Part shown: in pieces, positions 61,788-64,000 of the stretch | How positions within the stretch are numbered: position 1 is the first letter of the stretch | How the letters are laid out: each line of letters begins with the position of its first letter | Source of the DNA: Orbicella franksi | Lineage: Eukaryota | Assembly: GCA_964199315.1 (NCBI GenBank) | Contig: OZ116699.1 | Coordinates: forward strand, 17,484,001-17,548,000 | Reading direction: 5' to 3' | Length of the DNA stretch: 64,000 nucleotides | Program-made: the position numbers and the translations under genes | The notes under the pieces: generated by a model | The model's input: the letters and a program-made list of their open reading frames with translations, nothing else | What the model was told of the DNA's origin: nothing | Database searches by the model: none

Positions 61788-63862
61788 TTTTTTTTTATAG
61801 CTCTTTTATTGATGAAAACATGTTACAATATTGCAACAAATTACAAAAGTAGTGCAAAAAAGAGGGTTGTTACAACTGATAATATACTAATGAAAAATAG
61901 TCGATAATGTATACGATAGTAAATATTACAAACAATATGTCTCTCTAGCTTTGTACAAATATATATAGCTGGGGGAAAAGGCAACATAGTCACATCAAGT
62001 CATTTGGCTATTTCAAGCTGGATAATAAATTTGGATATGAATTCAGAAGTATCTTGTTTCTTTTGCATTGTTTTGCAAGCATAGTGGTATTGCTTTGCAT
62101 ATAACAGAAGAAGACGCAAATCCTTTGTTTGGTTATCAGAAAGATTGGTGTTTGGTGTTGGTAAATTGAGAAAGCATTGTAGCGAGGTTAGGCTGACATT
62201 GATTTGGTGTAAATTATTGAACCATTGAAGAGACTCGTCACATTATTTCAAGAGAGATTGACAATGAAAGAATGCATGTTCAATAGAATCATTTTCACCG
62301 CACAGAACACATTTGACACAGTCAGTTATTCCAATTCGATTAAGTTCTTTATTAGTGACTAGCATTCTGTGCAGCAACTTGAAATAGAATTGTCTTAACT
62401 TATTATCCCGAGTGATTTTATAATTGTTTTGGGTACAGTTTACCCAACTGTCAGCAACTTCAGGACAATTTTTCCGCCATGATTTAATAGCAGTAGGTTC
62501 TGTTTTGATTTCCTCTGCAAAACGTTTATAAAACTGCTTGCAGAAAGTTTTCTTTAAATTGAGAGTGATATCTTTAGATAGTTGGAAATCAAAGTTTTCG
62601 CAAATTGAATTCAGATCCCCAAGGTCCATATGAACTGATGCGTAACTTTTGGGATAAGCGGGAATAGCTGAGGTGATTTGGTAGTATTGCAGAAAGTTAA
62701 CTTTGATGTTATATTTATCGCTGAATTCTTGTGGTGAAAGAAAATTTTCCTTGATTGTTCAGCAAGTCTTGCACAAAAAGAACATTACTATCCCGCCATG
62801 CCTTCCAAAAAGACCGATTTATTTTCTATAGTTATATCTCTGTTGTTCCACAAGATGAATTCGTGTTTCAAGGGATCTTCGTAATTGCTACGCACTTCTT
62901 GAAAGTGATCGAGGAGTTCTCGATAAAAGAGAGGGATTTTTCTGTCTAATTTCTCGACACCGTAATTACAGTTTAGAAGAAAAAGGAGCCCTCCATGTTT
63001 ATCGAAGTAGTAATTAGGGATTGCCGTCCAGGTGTCATCAGTGTTATTTAAGAGTCTACTTATCCAAGTGAGACGTAGCGCTTTTATAACAGTCCTGAAG
63101 CAGGGAAAGCTTAGTCCACCCTTAGATAAGGGGCGGAACAGAACCTGTCACTTGATCTTATCTCTCTTATTGTTCCATAGAAAAGGAAACAGTTAACTTT
63201 GGGTTTGGTGTATCGCTGTTTCTGGGACAGAAAGCATGGATGCACTATAGATTAGCTGAGACAAACCTAGAGATTTTGGTAGCATAGTTCTTCCAAAGAG
63301 CGTCAGGTCCCGCGACCGCCATGTATTAAGCTTCGTTTCCATTTTCCTTATTTTGACATAAAAATTGTTGTTGTTGTTGGCAGCTGCATCGTGAGAAAGG
63401 TAAGTTCCAAGGAATTTTATAGCATCTTTTGGACACTAGAATTTTAAAGGCTCTATCTTATTTTTGCTCGAGGCACCAATCCACAAGGGTTTGGTTTTTT
63501 TTTTTATTTAATTGCAAACCGGAAAATTCTCCAAATAAGTTAACTATATTCATGGCATTTCTAAGTGACGTAGTAACTTCAAGAATCAGGGTTGTATCAT
63601 CCGCAAACTGTGAGATCTTAGCGTTCTGTCCACTTGGTAGTTCGATGCCCCTGCAGAGTTGATTTTGGCGTATTTTGAGGGCTAGCATTTCGACCGCTAA
63701 CACAAACAAAAGAGGACTCAGGGGACACCCTTGACGGACACCTCGAGAGACTTTGAAGTAATTAGTCATGAAACCCGCATTCATCACGCCACTTTCAACA
63801 TTATTGTAAAGAATGGATATCCATTTTGTAATATTTGGACCAAAGTTGTATAATTCAATACA
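61788..63862 (-). pseudogene. 5'-truncated L1/Tx1-clade LINE, copy B
   Basis: Duplicate of 41677-43750 with the same truncation point; SQFADDT motif. Confidence 0.9.
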
Positions 63863-64000
63863 CTAGTTCAATTAGTTTGCGTTTAATCAAAATTTTACGC
63901 CAGATGTCACGGACAGCAAATACATTGGGTGCCTGTGCTTAAATCCCATTCGCAGGCTTTTTAACAGGCATAAAATTAACTTCTTAGTTCATCGTGACTG

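Larger units (their letters stand above)
53359..64000 (+). repeat. Segmental duplication, copy B (continues past the window end)
   Basis: Collinear with 30122-43888. Confidence 0.95.

Overview
Eukaryotic (animal) DNA, most likely a stony coral or related cnidarian; this is inferred from the repeat families and GPCR type, not shown directly. The only host genes I can support are three rhodopsin-class peptide-receptor-like GPCRs. Each has a short first coding exon missed by the ORF track and a long second exon. Two of them lie in a recent duplication: copy A ~30122-43888 and copy B ~53359-64000, which runs off the window. The rest is densely nested mobile DNA. It includes a decayed L1/Tx1 LINE and a decayed Polinton/adintovirus-like remnant (pPolB plus small ORFs) that appears to be interrupted by a complete 4.4-kb ISL2EU-like transposon. 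That transposon has an intact THAP-DDE transposase and an unusual SWIM/Ulp1-like chimeric second ORF. There is also a 3.9-kb TIR element with 133-bp subterminal tandem repeats, a Harbinger element split by a 1.4-kb foldback element, Crypton-like deletion derivatives, two foldback SINE insertions, Penelope, CR1/L2-like and Gypsy fragments, and many MITEs. All family calls come from motif recognition by eye; no searches were run.
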